NCBI RefSeq assembly: GCF_000219725.1
Contig: NC_015732.1
Coordinates: 2,484,972-2,548,971, forward strand
Source: Gracilinema caldarium DSM 7334
Lineage (GTDB): Bacteria > Spirochaetota > Spirochaetia > Treponematales > Breznakiellaceae
Reading direction: 5' to 3'
Length of the DNA: 64,000 bases
This document shows, piece after piece, positions 1 to 9,039 of the stretch. A model generated the notes under the pieces. The model had not been told where the DNA came from, did no database searches, and saw only the letters and a list, made by a program, of their open reading frames with translations. The stretch's first letter is position 1. Every line of letters begins with the position of its first letter. Both the position numbers and the translations under genes were made by a program.

Positions 1-1164
1 GCAGATTCTTCTCTGGGTCGGGATGGCTACCTGTATATTTCCGATCAGAATGGAGAGCTGGTTTTTGCACCGGTAAACCAAACCATCTACCGGATCGCAC
101 CCCGGCAAATAGAGGGCTCAGAAGGGAGAACACTCCGCCGATGTAACCATGAAGTATTTCAGATCCTGTACAAACAGTCATCCTATACCGGATGGACCAC
201 CGCTGGAGTTTTTTCGATACAAAGTGTTCTCCGCGAAGTTTCTTTTATACGGTTTTACGCCCTAATTGTTGGAAGTTTCACCGTCCTCCTGGCCATTTTG
301 CTTTCGGTATTCTTTGCATCTTCCATAGCACTCCCCGTAGAAAAATTGCGTAGTTTGATGCGACAGGCTGAAACGGGAGATTTCTCCATCCGGTTTTCTG
401 AAAACCGTCAGGACGAGATCGGCCAACTCGGACACTCTTTTAATCGTATGATATTGGAAATCAGCAACCTGATCGACCAGGTATACCATGAACAACAACG
501 GAAACGAGAGACCGAGTTACGGGTTCTGCAAGAACAGATAAAACCGCACTTCCTATACAATACCCTCGATACCATTCAATGGATGGCCCAGGAACATAGA
601 GCCCAAGATATAGTAGACATGGTGAGCGCCTTAACCCAGCTATTTAGGGTTGGACTTTCTAAGGGTCAAGAAATGATACCTCTCCGGGAAGAACTCAGAC
701 ATGTGGAAAGCTATTTATTTATCCAGAAGGTCCGATATGAGGATAAGTTTGATTACACCATTTCTATAAGCCCTGGCATTGACCAGCTACGGGTGCTCAA
801 GGTGATTTTACAGCCCCTGGTAGAAAATGCCATTTATCATGGGATAAAGGAACGACGGGGTAAAGGGCACATCCTGGTTAGTGCTGAACGTGAGGGACCA
901 GACCTATTCCTGACCGTGGAAGATGACGGTATTGGAATGCCAGCAGACAAACTGGCACAACTGCAGGAAGAACTAAAGTCCAGTCATCAGTTGCATACAG
1001 ACAGCCATAAAGATTGGGGTGAAGGGGGGCATATCGGGTTCGGTGCCAGAAATGTCCATGAACGGATATTTTTAAATTTTGGACCCGATTATGGCATTAC
1101 CTACCAAAGCACCTGGGGTGTTGGTACCCGGGTTACCATCCGACATCCAGCAATAGAAGTATAA
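1..1164 (+). CDS. sensor histidine kinase, YesM/LytS type (HAMP + His_kinase + HATPase_c); 5' end lies outside the window
   Basis: The frame-1 ORF is open from base 1 with no stop. The translation has a HAMP-like segment, the FLYNTLDTIQW His-kinase motif and an N-box LVENAIYHG plus DDGIGM ATPase motif. The stop is TAA at 1162-1164. Confidence 0.85.
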   Translation, partial: ADSSLGRDGYLYISDQNGELVFAPVNQTIYRIAPRQIEGSEGRTLRRCNHEVFQILYKQSSYTGWTTAGVFSIQSVLREVSFIRFYALIVGSFTVLLAILLSVFFASSIALPVEKLRSLMRQAETGDFSIRFSENRQDEIGQLGHSFNRMILEISNLIDQVYHEQQRKRETELRVLQEQIKPHFLYNTLDTIQWMAQEHRAQDIVDMVSALTQLFRVGLSKGQEMIPLREELRHVESYLFIQKVRYEDKFDYTISISPGIDQLRVLKVILQPLVENAIYHGIKERRGKGHILVSAEREGPDLFLTVEDDGIGMPADKLAQLQEELKSSHQLHTDSHKDWGEGGHIGFGARNVHERIFLNFGPDYGITYQSTWGVGTRVTIRHPAIEV

Positions 1165-1179
1165 CACGGGAAAAAAACT

Positions 1180-2394
1180 ATGTGGAAAGTACTAATCGCC
1201 GATGATGAACCTAAAATCCGCCGAGGTATCCGTTCTGTCCTTGAGCGGCTTGATTCGGAAATTGAGGTGGTTGCCGAAGCAGGCGACGGCGAGGCGGCCC
1301 TTGCTCTGGCTGAGGAGACAATCCCGGATATCCTCTTTATCGATATTCGTATGCCCTTCTTAAATGGTCTTGAATTAATTGAAAAACTTTCTGGCCTTCC
1401 CCATGACTGGATTATTATTATCGTGAGCGGACACGATGAATTTGAGTATGCCAGAAAAGCAGTATCTCTTAAAGTCTTTGAGTATCTCTTAAAACCGGTA
1501 CAAGAAGCTGAAATAAAAAGAACACTGGAACACGCTAAAAATGAACTTGCCCTGCGGCGAGAAACAAATCGGTACATTAACTGGGCAAGAGAGAAAATAA
1601 CTGAACACCGAAGTACTCTGCAAGAACAATTTATTCTGGAATGGCTTTCATCATCCCTTTCGAAAACTGACATTGAAGACTGTTCCAAATTCCTGGGGCT
1701 TACCTTGCCAGAAAAAGCGGTGGTGCTTGCTATTCGGCTGGAGGAAAAGGTACTCTCAGTAGGAAGTTTGCAAGCTGGTTACCGGACCATTCTTATCTAT
1801 TCAGTACAATCAATTATTCAAGAACAGTTAGGTAAGGATATAATCTGCGTAATAGATAGAGATGATACGATTATTACCCTATATCCAGGGGATCTACAAG
1901 TATTACAAAATAAGATCCTTGGCATCGAAGCCGCTATTGAAGCGACAACCCATCAACATCCAATTATAGCAGTAGTGCCCAGCGGAAATTATAGAAAAGA
2001 AGGGCATCGCACGATACAGGAATCCTATGAAGAGGCCCTATCGGAGCTGACCAAGAAGGGAAATTACCAAACCTTTGTGCTCCTGGCTCAGGGATATATC
2101 GAAAAAAACTATCAATACCCGGATTTATCATTAGAGGAAACCGCATCGGAATTGGAAATCAGCCCAGGCTATTTGTCCCGGCTGCTTAAACAAGCAACCG
2201 GTTACTCCTTTGTAGAATATGTGAGCAGAGTTCGGATCCAGCATGCCCTGCAGTTATTAACAGATCCGGCAATAAAGATCTATGAAATTGCTGAAAAGGT
2301 AGGCTATCGTAGCCAGCATTACTTTAGCAGGGCTTTTAAACAGATACTGGGTATATCTCCCATCGAATACCGAAAGGGAGGCAGCTTACCATGA
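1180..2394 (+). CDS. two-component response regulator with REC domain and C-terminal AraC-type HTH (YesN-like)
   Basis: The N-terminus MWKVLIADDEPKIRRGIRSVL with DIRMP and VSGHDEF is a typical receiver domain. The C-terminus has AraC HTH signatures (ETASELEISPGYLSRLLKQ and IAEKVGYRSQHYFSRAFKQ). It starts 16 nt after the kinase stop and overlaps the next gene with ATGA. Confidence 0.85.
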   Translation: MWKVLIADDEPKIRRGIRSVLERLDSEIEVVAEAGDGEAALALAEETIPDILFIDIRMPFLNGLELIEKLSGLPHDWIIIIVSGHDEFEYARKAVSLKVFEYLLKPVQEAEIKRTLEHAKNELALRRETNRYINWAREKITEHRSTLQEQFILEWLSSSLSKTDIEDCSKFLGLTLPEKAVVLAIRLEEKVLSVGSLQAGYRTILIYSVQSIIQEQLGKDIICVIDRDDTIITLYPGDLQVLQNKILGIEAAIEATTHQHPIIAVVPSGNYRKEGHRTIQESYEEALSELTKKGNYQTFVLLAQGYIEKNYQYPDLSLEETASELEISPGYLSRLLKQATGYSFVEYVSRVRIQHALQLLTDPAIKIYEIAEKVGYRSQHYFSRAFKQILGISPIEYRKGGSLP

Positions 2395-4289
2395 AACGGT
2401 ATATCCAGCCTTCATTCATCCTCATTGCCCTTGGCATTATGGTCCTAGCCGTTTCCTTGCTCTGGTTTGTGAATATTCTACCCCTTATTTCATACAATAA
2501 GGTAGAGCCAGAAGTTGGCAAACTCATAGGCCTTTCACAGGCCAACCTTTCAGAACCATGGCGCATCAGCATGACGGAAGAAATAACCCAGCAGGCAAAA
2601 AAATACCTCGATATGCGGGTAATTATTACTGATGCGGTAGATTCCAGCGAACGCCAGGTTGATGATGTGAAACGGCTCCTTGCCTATGGCATCGATCTCC
2701 TTATCATCTCGCCGACAGATTCGCAGATTCTGACCCCCGTCGTAACTGAAGCGTATAAAACTATTCCAGTGATTGTACTGGATCGGGCAGTGGAAGGCTA
2801 TGATTACACCCTGTATATCGGTCCGGACAACCAGCTCATTGGTCGCGAGACGGGTCGCTATGTCTCAGAATTATTGGGAGAAAAGGGCGGTCAGGTCTGG
2901 GAAATTCAGGGCCGCTCAGGCTCTCCGCCTACCATCGACCGAAGTACCGGTTTACGGCAGGAAATTGAGCGACATCCCGGGATCAGATTGGTCAAAACAG
3001 TCACCGCCGATTGGCTCCGGGACCAAGCTGAGGATACCCTCTCTCATTTATTTAAAACCACCCCAACGCCCGATGTCATCGTATCCCAGAATGACGCCAT
3101 GGCCTATGGGGCAATTTTAGCAGCGAAGAAAGCAGCGGTTTCAAATATCAAATTCATCGGGGTAGATGGACTGGAGGGTGCCAATGGGGGCCTAGACCTG
3201 GTACGGAAGGGACTCCTATCAGCCACTTTTATTTGCCCCACCGGCGGAAAAGAAGCGGTAAACTACGCCTGGGATATTCTAGAAAAGAAACCCGGCATTC
3301 CCAAAAAAATATATTTACGCACAAGAAAGATAACCGCCGAAACAGTTAATGCTAATGTGGATCCCTATGCGTCATTCCGGCATCCCCGCTCCAACAAGGA
3401 ACCCATACGCCTCGGCTTTGCCCAGGTAGGAAGCGAAAGCCGTTGGCGGCTTACCAATACAAAATCGATAAAAGATGCGGCCCGTGACGCCGGCATTGAG
3501 CTTACCTTTATAGACGGCCAGCAAAAGCAGGAAAACCAGATTGCAGCGATCAGGTCATTTATCAAACAGAAGGTGGACATCATCGCCTTTTCACCGATTG
3601 TCGAATCAGGCTGGGAAGAGGTGCTCCAGGAAGCAAAAGCCGCAGGGATTCCGGTTATTCTTTCTGACCGGGAAGTAGATATAAAAGATGACTCCCTTTG
3701 GGCTACCTTTATCGGCTCAGATTTTCTAGAAGAGGGCCGACGGGCCGCCCGGTGGCTCCTGTCCTATATAGAACATCATCCTACCCCAGATGGTCAAGTT
3801 AATATCGTGGAACTCCAAGGGACGGTAGGTTCAGCTCCTGCCATTGACCGGAAACGGGGCTTTGAGCTAACCCTGGAACCTCATCCAGAGTTCCGCATCA
3901 TCCGATCGGAAATTGCCAATTTTTATTTCGATCAGGGCCGGGATGTGATGAAAAAAATCCTTGAAACGGAAAAGAGACGGATTGATGTCCTCTTTGCCCA
4001 CAATGATGATATGGCTCTGGGAGCAATTCAAACACTTGAATCAGCAGGACTGCGACCGGGAAAGGATATGGTGATCGTCTCGGTAGATGCGGTAAAGGAA
4101 GCCTTTCAGGCTATGATTGCGGGTAAACTCAACTGTACCGTGGAATGTACTCCCCTCCTGGGGCCCCAATTAATGAAAGTAATCCAGGATTATTTTGATG
4201 GAAAGGAACTACCCACCCGGATTATCACCAGTGAAGAAGTATTCCCCGCCGAGGTAGCCCGAACAGTACTGCCAAAACGTCGGTATTAA
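2391..4289 (+). CDS. membrane-anchored protein with two tandem periplasmic sugar-binding (PBP type I) domains; likely co-sensor for the upstream kinase
   Basis: It has an N-terminal hydrophobic helix (FILIALGIMVLAVSLLWFV). Residues ~50-330 look like a LacI/RbsB-type periplasmic binding fold. Residues ~335-632 are ~65% identical by eye to the adjacent YtfQ-like binding protein. The ATGA overlap with the regulator implies translational coupling. Confidence 0.75.
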   Translation: MKRYIQPSFILIALGIMVLAVSLLWFVNILPLISYNKVEPEVGKLIGLSQANLSEPWRISMTEEITQQAKKYLDMRVIITDAVDSSERQVDDVKRLLAYGIDLLIISPTDSQILTPVVTEAYKTIPVIVLDRAVEGYDYTLYIGPDNQLIGRETGRYVSELLGEKGGQVWEIQGRSGSPPTIDRSTGLRQEIERHPGIRLVKTVTADWLRDQAEDTLSHLFKTTPTPDVIVSQNDAMAYGAILAAKKAAVSNIKFIGVDGLEGANGGLDLVRKGLLSATFICPTGGKEAVNYAWDILEKKPGIPKKIYLRTRKITAETVNANVDPYASFRHPRSNKEPIRLGFAQVGSESRWRLTNTKSIKDAARDAGIELTFIDGQQKQENQIAAIRSFIKQKVDIIAFSPIVESGWEEVLQEAKAAGIPVILSDREVDIKDDSLWATFIGSDFLEEGRRAARWLLSYIEHHPTPDGQVNIVELQGTVGSAPAIDRKRGFELTLEPHPEFRIIRSEIANFYFDQGRDVMKKILETEKRRIDVLFAHNDDMALGAIQTLESAGLRPGKDMVIVSVDAVKEAFQAMIAGKLNCTVECTPLLGPQLMKVIQDYFDGKELPTRIITSEEVFPAEVARTVLPKRRY

Positions 4290-4398
4290 TGCATTTCTCA
4301 GTGCGTTATCGTACACAAAATTATGGAATCCTCTAAATACATATTCTCCAAGGGGTGCCACAATATTGGTATCAACGAAGCCCACAAAGGAGGCATGT

Positions 4399-5358
4399 AT
4401 GAAGAAATCCTTACAAGTTTTTGCGGGAGTGTGCGCACTCATCACCCTGGTGTCTCTGAACGCCTTTGCTCAGAGCAATAAAAAAATTGTGCTCGGGTTC
4501 TCCCAGATCGGGGCAGAAAGCGAATGGCGGACCGCCAACACCGAATCCATTAAGGCGGCTGCAGCTGCAGCGGGCATTGAACTAAAATTTGCCGATGCCC
4601 AGCAAAAGCAGGAAAACCAGATTAAAGCCATCCGCTCCTTTATTGCCCAGAAGGTAGATGTGATCGCCTTCTCACCGGTTGTAGAAACCGGTTGGGAAAC
4701 GGTGCTTCAGGAAGCCAAGCGGGCAAAAATTCCTGTTATTCTTACTGATCGAGCAGTTAATGTCAAAGATGATAGCCTTTATGTATCCTTTATGGGATCC
4801 GACTTTGTCGAAGAAGGCAGACGTGCTGCGGTCTGGCTCATGGGCTACCTGCACACCGACAAACCAGTAAACATTGTGGAACTCCAGGGCACCGTTGGTT
4901 CTGCTCCGGCCATCGACCGTAAGCGTGGTTTTGAGGAAATGCTGAAGCCCTTCCCCAATTATAAAATCATCCGTTCCCAGACCGGTGACTTTACCCGTGC
5001 CAAGGGCAAGGAAGTCATGGAAGCGTTCCTGAAGGCAGAAGGTAAGAATATCAATGTCCTCTTTGCCCACAATGACGACATGGCAATTGGTGCCATCCAG
5101 GCTATTGAAGAATTCGGACTAAAACCCGGAAAGGATATCATCATCGTATCCATCGATGCTGTAAAGGGCGCCTTCGAAGCAATGATCGCCGGTAAACTCA
5201 ATTGCACCGTGGAATGCTCTCCTCTGCTTGGAGAGCAGCTCATGGCTGCTGTTAAAGATCTGATGGCAGGAAAAACATTACCCAAACGGATCGTTACCAA
5301 TGAAGGTGTATACCCCGCAGAATTTGCGGCCCAGGTATTCCCCTCCCGCAAGTACTAG
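4399..5358 (+). CDS. ytfQ: ABC transporter periplasmic sugar-binding protein, YtfQ-like (galactofuranose-type CUT2 family)
   Basis: Signal peptide MKKSLQVFAGVCALITLVSLNAFAQ. An AAAGGAGG RBS sits 5 nt upstream of the ATG at 4399. The PBP-I fold matches YtfQ, and it is followed by a tandem-ATPase gene and two permeases as in ytfQRT-yjfF. Confidence 0.7.
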   Translation: MKKSLQVFAGVCALITLVSLNAFAQSNKKIVLGFSQIGAESEWRTANTESIKAAAAAAGIELKFADAQQKQENQIKAIRSFIAQKVDVIAFSPVVETGWETVLQEAKRAKIPVILTDRAVNVKDDSLYVSFMGSDFVEEGRRAAVWLMGYLHTDKPVNIVELQGTVGSAPAIDRKRGFEEMLKPFPNYKIIRSQTGDFTRAKGKEVMEAFLKAEGKNINVLFAHNDDMAIGAIQAIEEFGLKPGKDIIIVSIDAVKGAFEAMIAGKLNCTVECSPLLGEQLMAAVKDLMAGKTLPKRIVTNEGVYPAEFAAQVFPSRKY

Positions 5359-5376
5359 GGCTACTTGGTAACTACA

Positions 5377-5411
5377 GGGGCGTTTCGGCGTAAACCGGAA
5401 CGCCCTTTTTT
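5377..5411 (+). terminator. GC-rich hairpin plus T-run between the SBP and ATPase genes (partial terminator or attenuator)
   Basis: GGGGCGTTTCGGCG-TAAA-CCGGAACGCCC is followed by TTTTTTAT, directly after the ytfQ-like stop and before the RBS of the next gene. Confidence 0.55.
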
Positions 5412-5430
5412 ATCAAAGGAGAATTACAGC

Positions 5431-6972
5431 ATGGAAAATATTGAAATTCTTTCCATGGTTAACATTTCAAAGTATTTTCCCGGAGTCAGGGCCCTTTCAC
5501 AGGTTAATTTTTCCTTAAAAAGCGGAGAAATTCATGCCCTTATGGGGCAGAATGGAGCCGGGAAATCCACATTAATAAAAATAATGACCGGAGTATATCA
5601 ACCTGACTCGGGTCACATGTATCTTCGAGGGGAAAGCATAAAAGTAGAATCCCCTGAACATGCTCAGACCCTGGGAATCGCGACCGTTTACCAGGAAGTA
5701 AATCTTTGCCCCAATGTAACAGTTGCAGAGAACCTTTTGCTCGGACGAGAACCACGGAATCTCATAGGTATTAAATGGAAGCATCTTTTTGAGGAAGCCC
5801 ATAAAATTATTAAAGAAAAATTGGACCTTGATCTGGACACAACAAAACCTCTTGGTTCTTACTCTCTGGCAATTCAACAAATGATCGCTATTGCCCGATC
5901 CCTCTGTGTGAAATCGGACATTTTAATACTTGATGAACCAACTTCGAGTCTTGATGAAGCCGAAGTTGAGCGGCTGTTTTACATTTTGCGTAAGTTAAAA
6001 AATGAAGGAATGGCGATTCTCTTTATAACTCATTTCATAGATCAGGTATATGCCGTATCCGATCGGATTACGGTTCTGCGGAACGGCGAATACATAGGAA
6101 CCGCAGAGGCCTCTGCATTATCCAAACTCGAACTCATTAGCATGATGGTTGGTAAGGATCCAGCAGAACTTGCAGCAACAGCAACCAGGCAGGAAGTAAA
6201 ACTTTCCCATGGTACCGAGGAGCTTCTTAAAGTTGATGGATTGGGCCGTACTGGCTATCTTAAACCCATCAACATAAGCTTAAAAAAAGGCGAAGTTCTC
6301 GGCCTGGCAGGGTTACTCGGCTCAGGACGTACGGAGACTGCAAAACTGATATTCGGGGCCGAACGGGCACTTGAAGGTAAATTATTCCGGAATGGGCAGG
6401 AAGTTGCCTTATCCGCCCCCCGGGATGCCATTATGGTTGGAATGGGATTCTGTCCGGAGGACAGAAAAACCGAAGGCCTTATTGGCGACCTTTCCATCCG
6501 GGAGAATATCATACTCGCATTGCAGGCAAAACAGGGTATCCTAAAATACATACCCCGGAAGACTCAGGAGGAAATTGCAAATCAGTTTATTAAAGAACTG
6601 GGTATAAAGACCCCCGATGCGGAACGACCGGTCAAAACCCTATCCGGCGGCAACCAGCAGAAGGTACTACTTGCCCGATGGCTTGCAACAAAACCGGCTA
6701 TACTCATTTTAGATGAACCAACCAGAGGAATTGATGTGGCCGCCAAAAGTGAAATTCTACAACGTATTTTACAATTAAGGAATGAAGGCCTGTCGATAAT
6801 ATTCATTTCATCGGAGTTGGAAGAAGTATCAGCTATCAGCGACCGGGTTGCGGTTTTCCGGGATAAAAAAAAGATTGCTGAAATAGAAGGTACTGAAATT
6901 AATGAGCATACCATTATGCGTCTTATTGCCCAGGAGGAGCTAGAAAATGAAAAACAAGTTAAAGCGAATTAA
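5431..6972 (+). CDS. ytfR: sugar ABC transporter ATP-binding protein with duplicated ATPase domains (YtfR-like)
   Basis: Two Walker A motifs (GQNGAGKST and GLLGSGRT), two signature motifs (LSGGNQQK) and two Walker B motifs (ILILDEPT). An AAAGGAG RBS lies before the ATG at 5431. Confidence 0.8.
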   Translation: MENIEILSMVNISKYFPGVRALSQVNFSLKSGEIHALMGQNGAGKSTLIKIMTGVYQPDSGHMYLRGESIKVESPEHAQTLGIATVYQEVNLCPNVTVAENLLLGREPRNLIGIKWKHLFEEAHKIIKEKLDLDLDTTKPLGSYSLAIQQMIAIARSLCVKSDILILDEPTSSLDEAEVERLFYILRKLKNEGMAILFITHFIDQVYAVSDRITVLRNGEYIGTAEASALSKLELISMMVGKDPAELAATATRQEVKLSHGTEELLKVDGLGRTGYLKPINISLKKGEVLGLAGLLGSGRTETAKLIFGAERALEGKLFRNGQEVALSAPRDAIMVGMGFCPEDRKTEGLIGDLSIRENIILALQAKQGILKYIPRKTQEEIANQFIKELGIKTPDAERPVKTLSGGNQQKVLLARWLATKPAILILDEPTRGIDVAAKSEILQRILQLRNEGLSIIFISSELEEVSAISDRVAVFRDKKKIAEIEGTEINEHTIMRLIAQEELENEKQVKAN

Positions 6973-7999
6973 CGACACCACCTTATTCTGGCCCTTTATG
7001 GTCCTTCTTTTATTGTTATTGATTAATGCATTTTTAACGAAAGGATTTTTTTCAATTGAATGGAAGGATGGCCGGTTCTCCGGCATCCTTGTTGATATTC
7101 TAAATAGGTCTACCTATATCGGTATCATTGCCATTGGACTGACTCTGGTAATTTCCACCGGCGGAATCGATATATCGGTGGGATCCGTGGTTGCTATTTC
7201 CGGAGCTATTGCAGCATACCTTATCGGCGGAGAATTAATCTTGCAGGGGGACCAACAGGTACTAGTTACCCGGACCCCTATGGGAGTTGCTATTACAGCG
7301 GCTCTCTTATCCGCCCTTATTTTAGGGATGTGGAATGGGTTTCTCGTTTCACGACTCCGAATCCAGCCAATTGTAGCTACCCTGATCCTTATGGTCGCAG
7401 GAAGGGGCATCGCCCAGCTGGTTACCAACGGACAAATTATCACCATTTATTACAAACCTTACTATTTTATTGGAAACGGCACCTTTCTTGGCATCCCCTT
7501 TTCATTGTATATTCTGCTTGCTGTTCTGATACTGGTCATCCTCGCAACAAGAAAGACTGCCCTGGGACTCTTTTTTGAATCGATCGGCGTGAATAGAACT
7601 GCAAGCCGTTACTCAGGAATACAGGAACAACGGATCGTGTTCTGGTCTTATGCATTCTGTGCTTTCTGTGCCGGTGTCTCGGGGCTTCTAGTAAGTTCCA
7701 ATGTAAAAAGTGCCGACGGAAACAACGCGGGAGACCTCTTTGAACTGGATGCCATTTTAGCAGTAGTTATTGGCGGTACTTCTCTAAATGGGGGCAAATT
7801 CAATCTGGCAGGCTCTATTCTCGGGGCGGTCATTATTCAGACCCTGACAACAACCATCTATTCTATCGGAGTACCGCCCCAGGTCAACTTAGTTATAAAG
7901 TCCATCGTTGTATTTTTAGTGAGCATGCTTCAGTCGGAAAACTTTAGAGCCCTGTTCCGCTTTGGCCGCAAGAGCTTTCAGATGAGAGGCGCTTTATGA
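6947..7999 (+). CDS. ytfT: sugar ABC transporter permease (YtfT-like, CUT2 family)
   Basis: Multi-span hydrophobic protein in the AraH/RbsC permease family. Its start overlaps the ATPase 3' end. Confidence 0.75.
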   Translation: MKNKLKRINDTTLFWPFMVLLLLLLINAFLTKGFFSIEWKDGRFSGILVDILNRSTYIGIIAIGLTLVISTGGIDISVGSVVAISGAIAAYLIGGELILQGDQQVLVTRTPMGVAITAALLSALILGMWNGFLVSRLRIQPIVATLILMVAGRGIAQLVTNGQIITIYYKPYYFIGNGTFLGIPFSLYILLAVLILVILATRKTALGLFFESIGVNRTASRYSGIQEQRIVFWSYAFCAFCAGVSGLLVSSNVKSADGNNAGDLFELDAILAVVIGGTSLNGGKFNLAGSILGAVIIQTLTTTIYSIGVPPQVNLVIKSIVVFLVSMLQSENFRALFRFGRKSFQMRGAL

Positions 8000-8991
8000 A
8001 ACAGATTGATAGAAAACATCTGCCCTTTATTGTCACCGTGAGTCTCTTTATTGTAATGTACAGTGCTGGTTCCATCGCCTACCCAAATTTTCTTTCAATC
8101 CAGGTGTTCATCAACCTGTTTATTGATAATGCCTTTTTAGGGATTGCGGCGGTAGGCATGACCTTTGTCATCCTATCTGGCGGGATTGATCTGTCTATGG
8201 GATCCGTAGTTGCCTTAGTCACGATGATCTCCGCGGACCTGCTGCGAAAGGATGTGCCACCGGCGGTGGTGATCCCGGTGGTACTTCTTGCAGCTTCCGG
8301 TATTGGACTCTTTCAGGGTATCATGATCCAGTTTTTTAAGGTGCAACCCTTTATCGCAACCCTGGCGGGGATGTTCTTTGCCCGGGGAGCTTGCTACCTC
8401 ATCAGCATAGATACCATCAATATTGAAAATGATTGGTATCGGGATGTTAGCATGGCTGCTATAGAGTTGCCAACCGGCGATTTTATTTCAGTTAACGTCT
8501 TGATTTTTGTAGTCTTTGCCATAGTCGGATGGTGGTTACTGCGCTTTACCCGTTTCGGAAGAACCGTTTATGCCATAGGGGGTTCGGAGCAATCGGCCCT
8601 ACTCATGGGCTTGCCAGTTAATCGAACCAAAGTTTTAATTTATACCTTTAATGGCTTTTGTTCAGGCCTGGCAGGCATTGTGTTTACTTTTTATATGCTT
8701 TCCGGGTATGCACTTCACTGCAAGGACCTGCACATGGATGCCATTGCAGCGGTCGTCATGGGCGGAACCCTTTTAACTGGCGGCGTCGGATCCATTGGCG
8801 GCTCTATCATGGGGGTTCTGATTCTAGGAACCATCCAGACCATCATCAATTTCCAGGGAACCTTAAGTTCCTGGTGGACCCGAATTGTGGTGGGCATCCT
8901 AATATTTGCATTTATATTGATGCAAAGCCTTTTGAATCGGCCTATGAAAGTTACCAATAAGAACAGCAAACAAGAACAAAACGCAGCCTAA
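7996..8991 (+). CDS. yjfF: sugar ABC transporter permease (YjfF-like, CUT2 family)
   Basis: It is the second CUT2 permease paralog. Its start overlaps the previous stop with ATGA. Confidence 0.75.
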   Translation: MKQIDRKHLPFIVTVSLFIVMYSAGSIAYPNFLSIQVFINLFIDNAFLGIAAVGMTFVILSGGIDLSMGSVVALVTMISADLLRKDVPPAVVIPVVLLAASGIGLFQGIMIQFFKVQPFIATLAGMFFARGACYLISIDTINIENDWYRDVSMAAIELPTGDFISVNVLIFVVFAIVGWWLLRFTRFGRTVYAIGGSEQSALLMGLPVNRTKVLIYTFNGFCSGLAGIVFTFYMLSGYALHCKDLHMDAIAAVVMGGTLLTGGVGSIGGSIMGVLILGTIQTIINFQGTLSSWWTRIVVGILIFAFILMQSLLNRPMKVTNKNSKQEQNAA

Positions 8992-8995
8992 GATT

Positions 8996-9019
8996 AAGCC
9001 CGCAGGTGCGGGCTTTTTT
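8996..9019. terminator. rho-independent terminator hairpin between convergent operons
   Basis: AAGCCCGC-AGGT-GCGGGCTT is followed by TTTTTT immediately after the yjfF-like stop. It is A-rich on the opposite side, facing the convergent alpha-galactosidase gene. Confidence 0.75.
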
Positions 9020-9039
9020 ATGCTTCTAACATTTTAATC

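Noticed and set aside
1101-1688. 195-aa antisense ORF spanning the kinase and regulator junction, and similar long antisense ORFs (33950..34627, 47620..48273, 48533..49063, 49106..49672, 54387..55058, 54872..55339)
   Set aside because: All lie opposite well-supported genes (FucI, PHP, MATE, P-type ATPase, kinase and regulator). They have biased low-complexity composition and no start signals. They are treated as shadow ORFs.
2773-3120. 115-aa ORF in an alternate frame inside the tandem-PBP gene
   Set aside because: It is fully embedded in a gene with strong family-level homology, has no RBS and has Arg/Ser/Pro-rich composition typical of off-frame translation.
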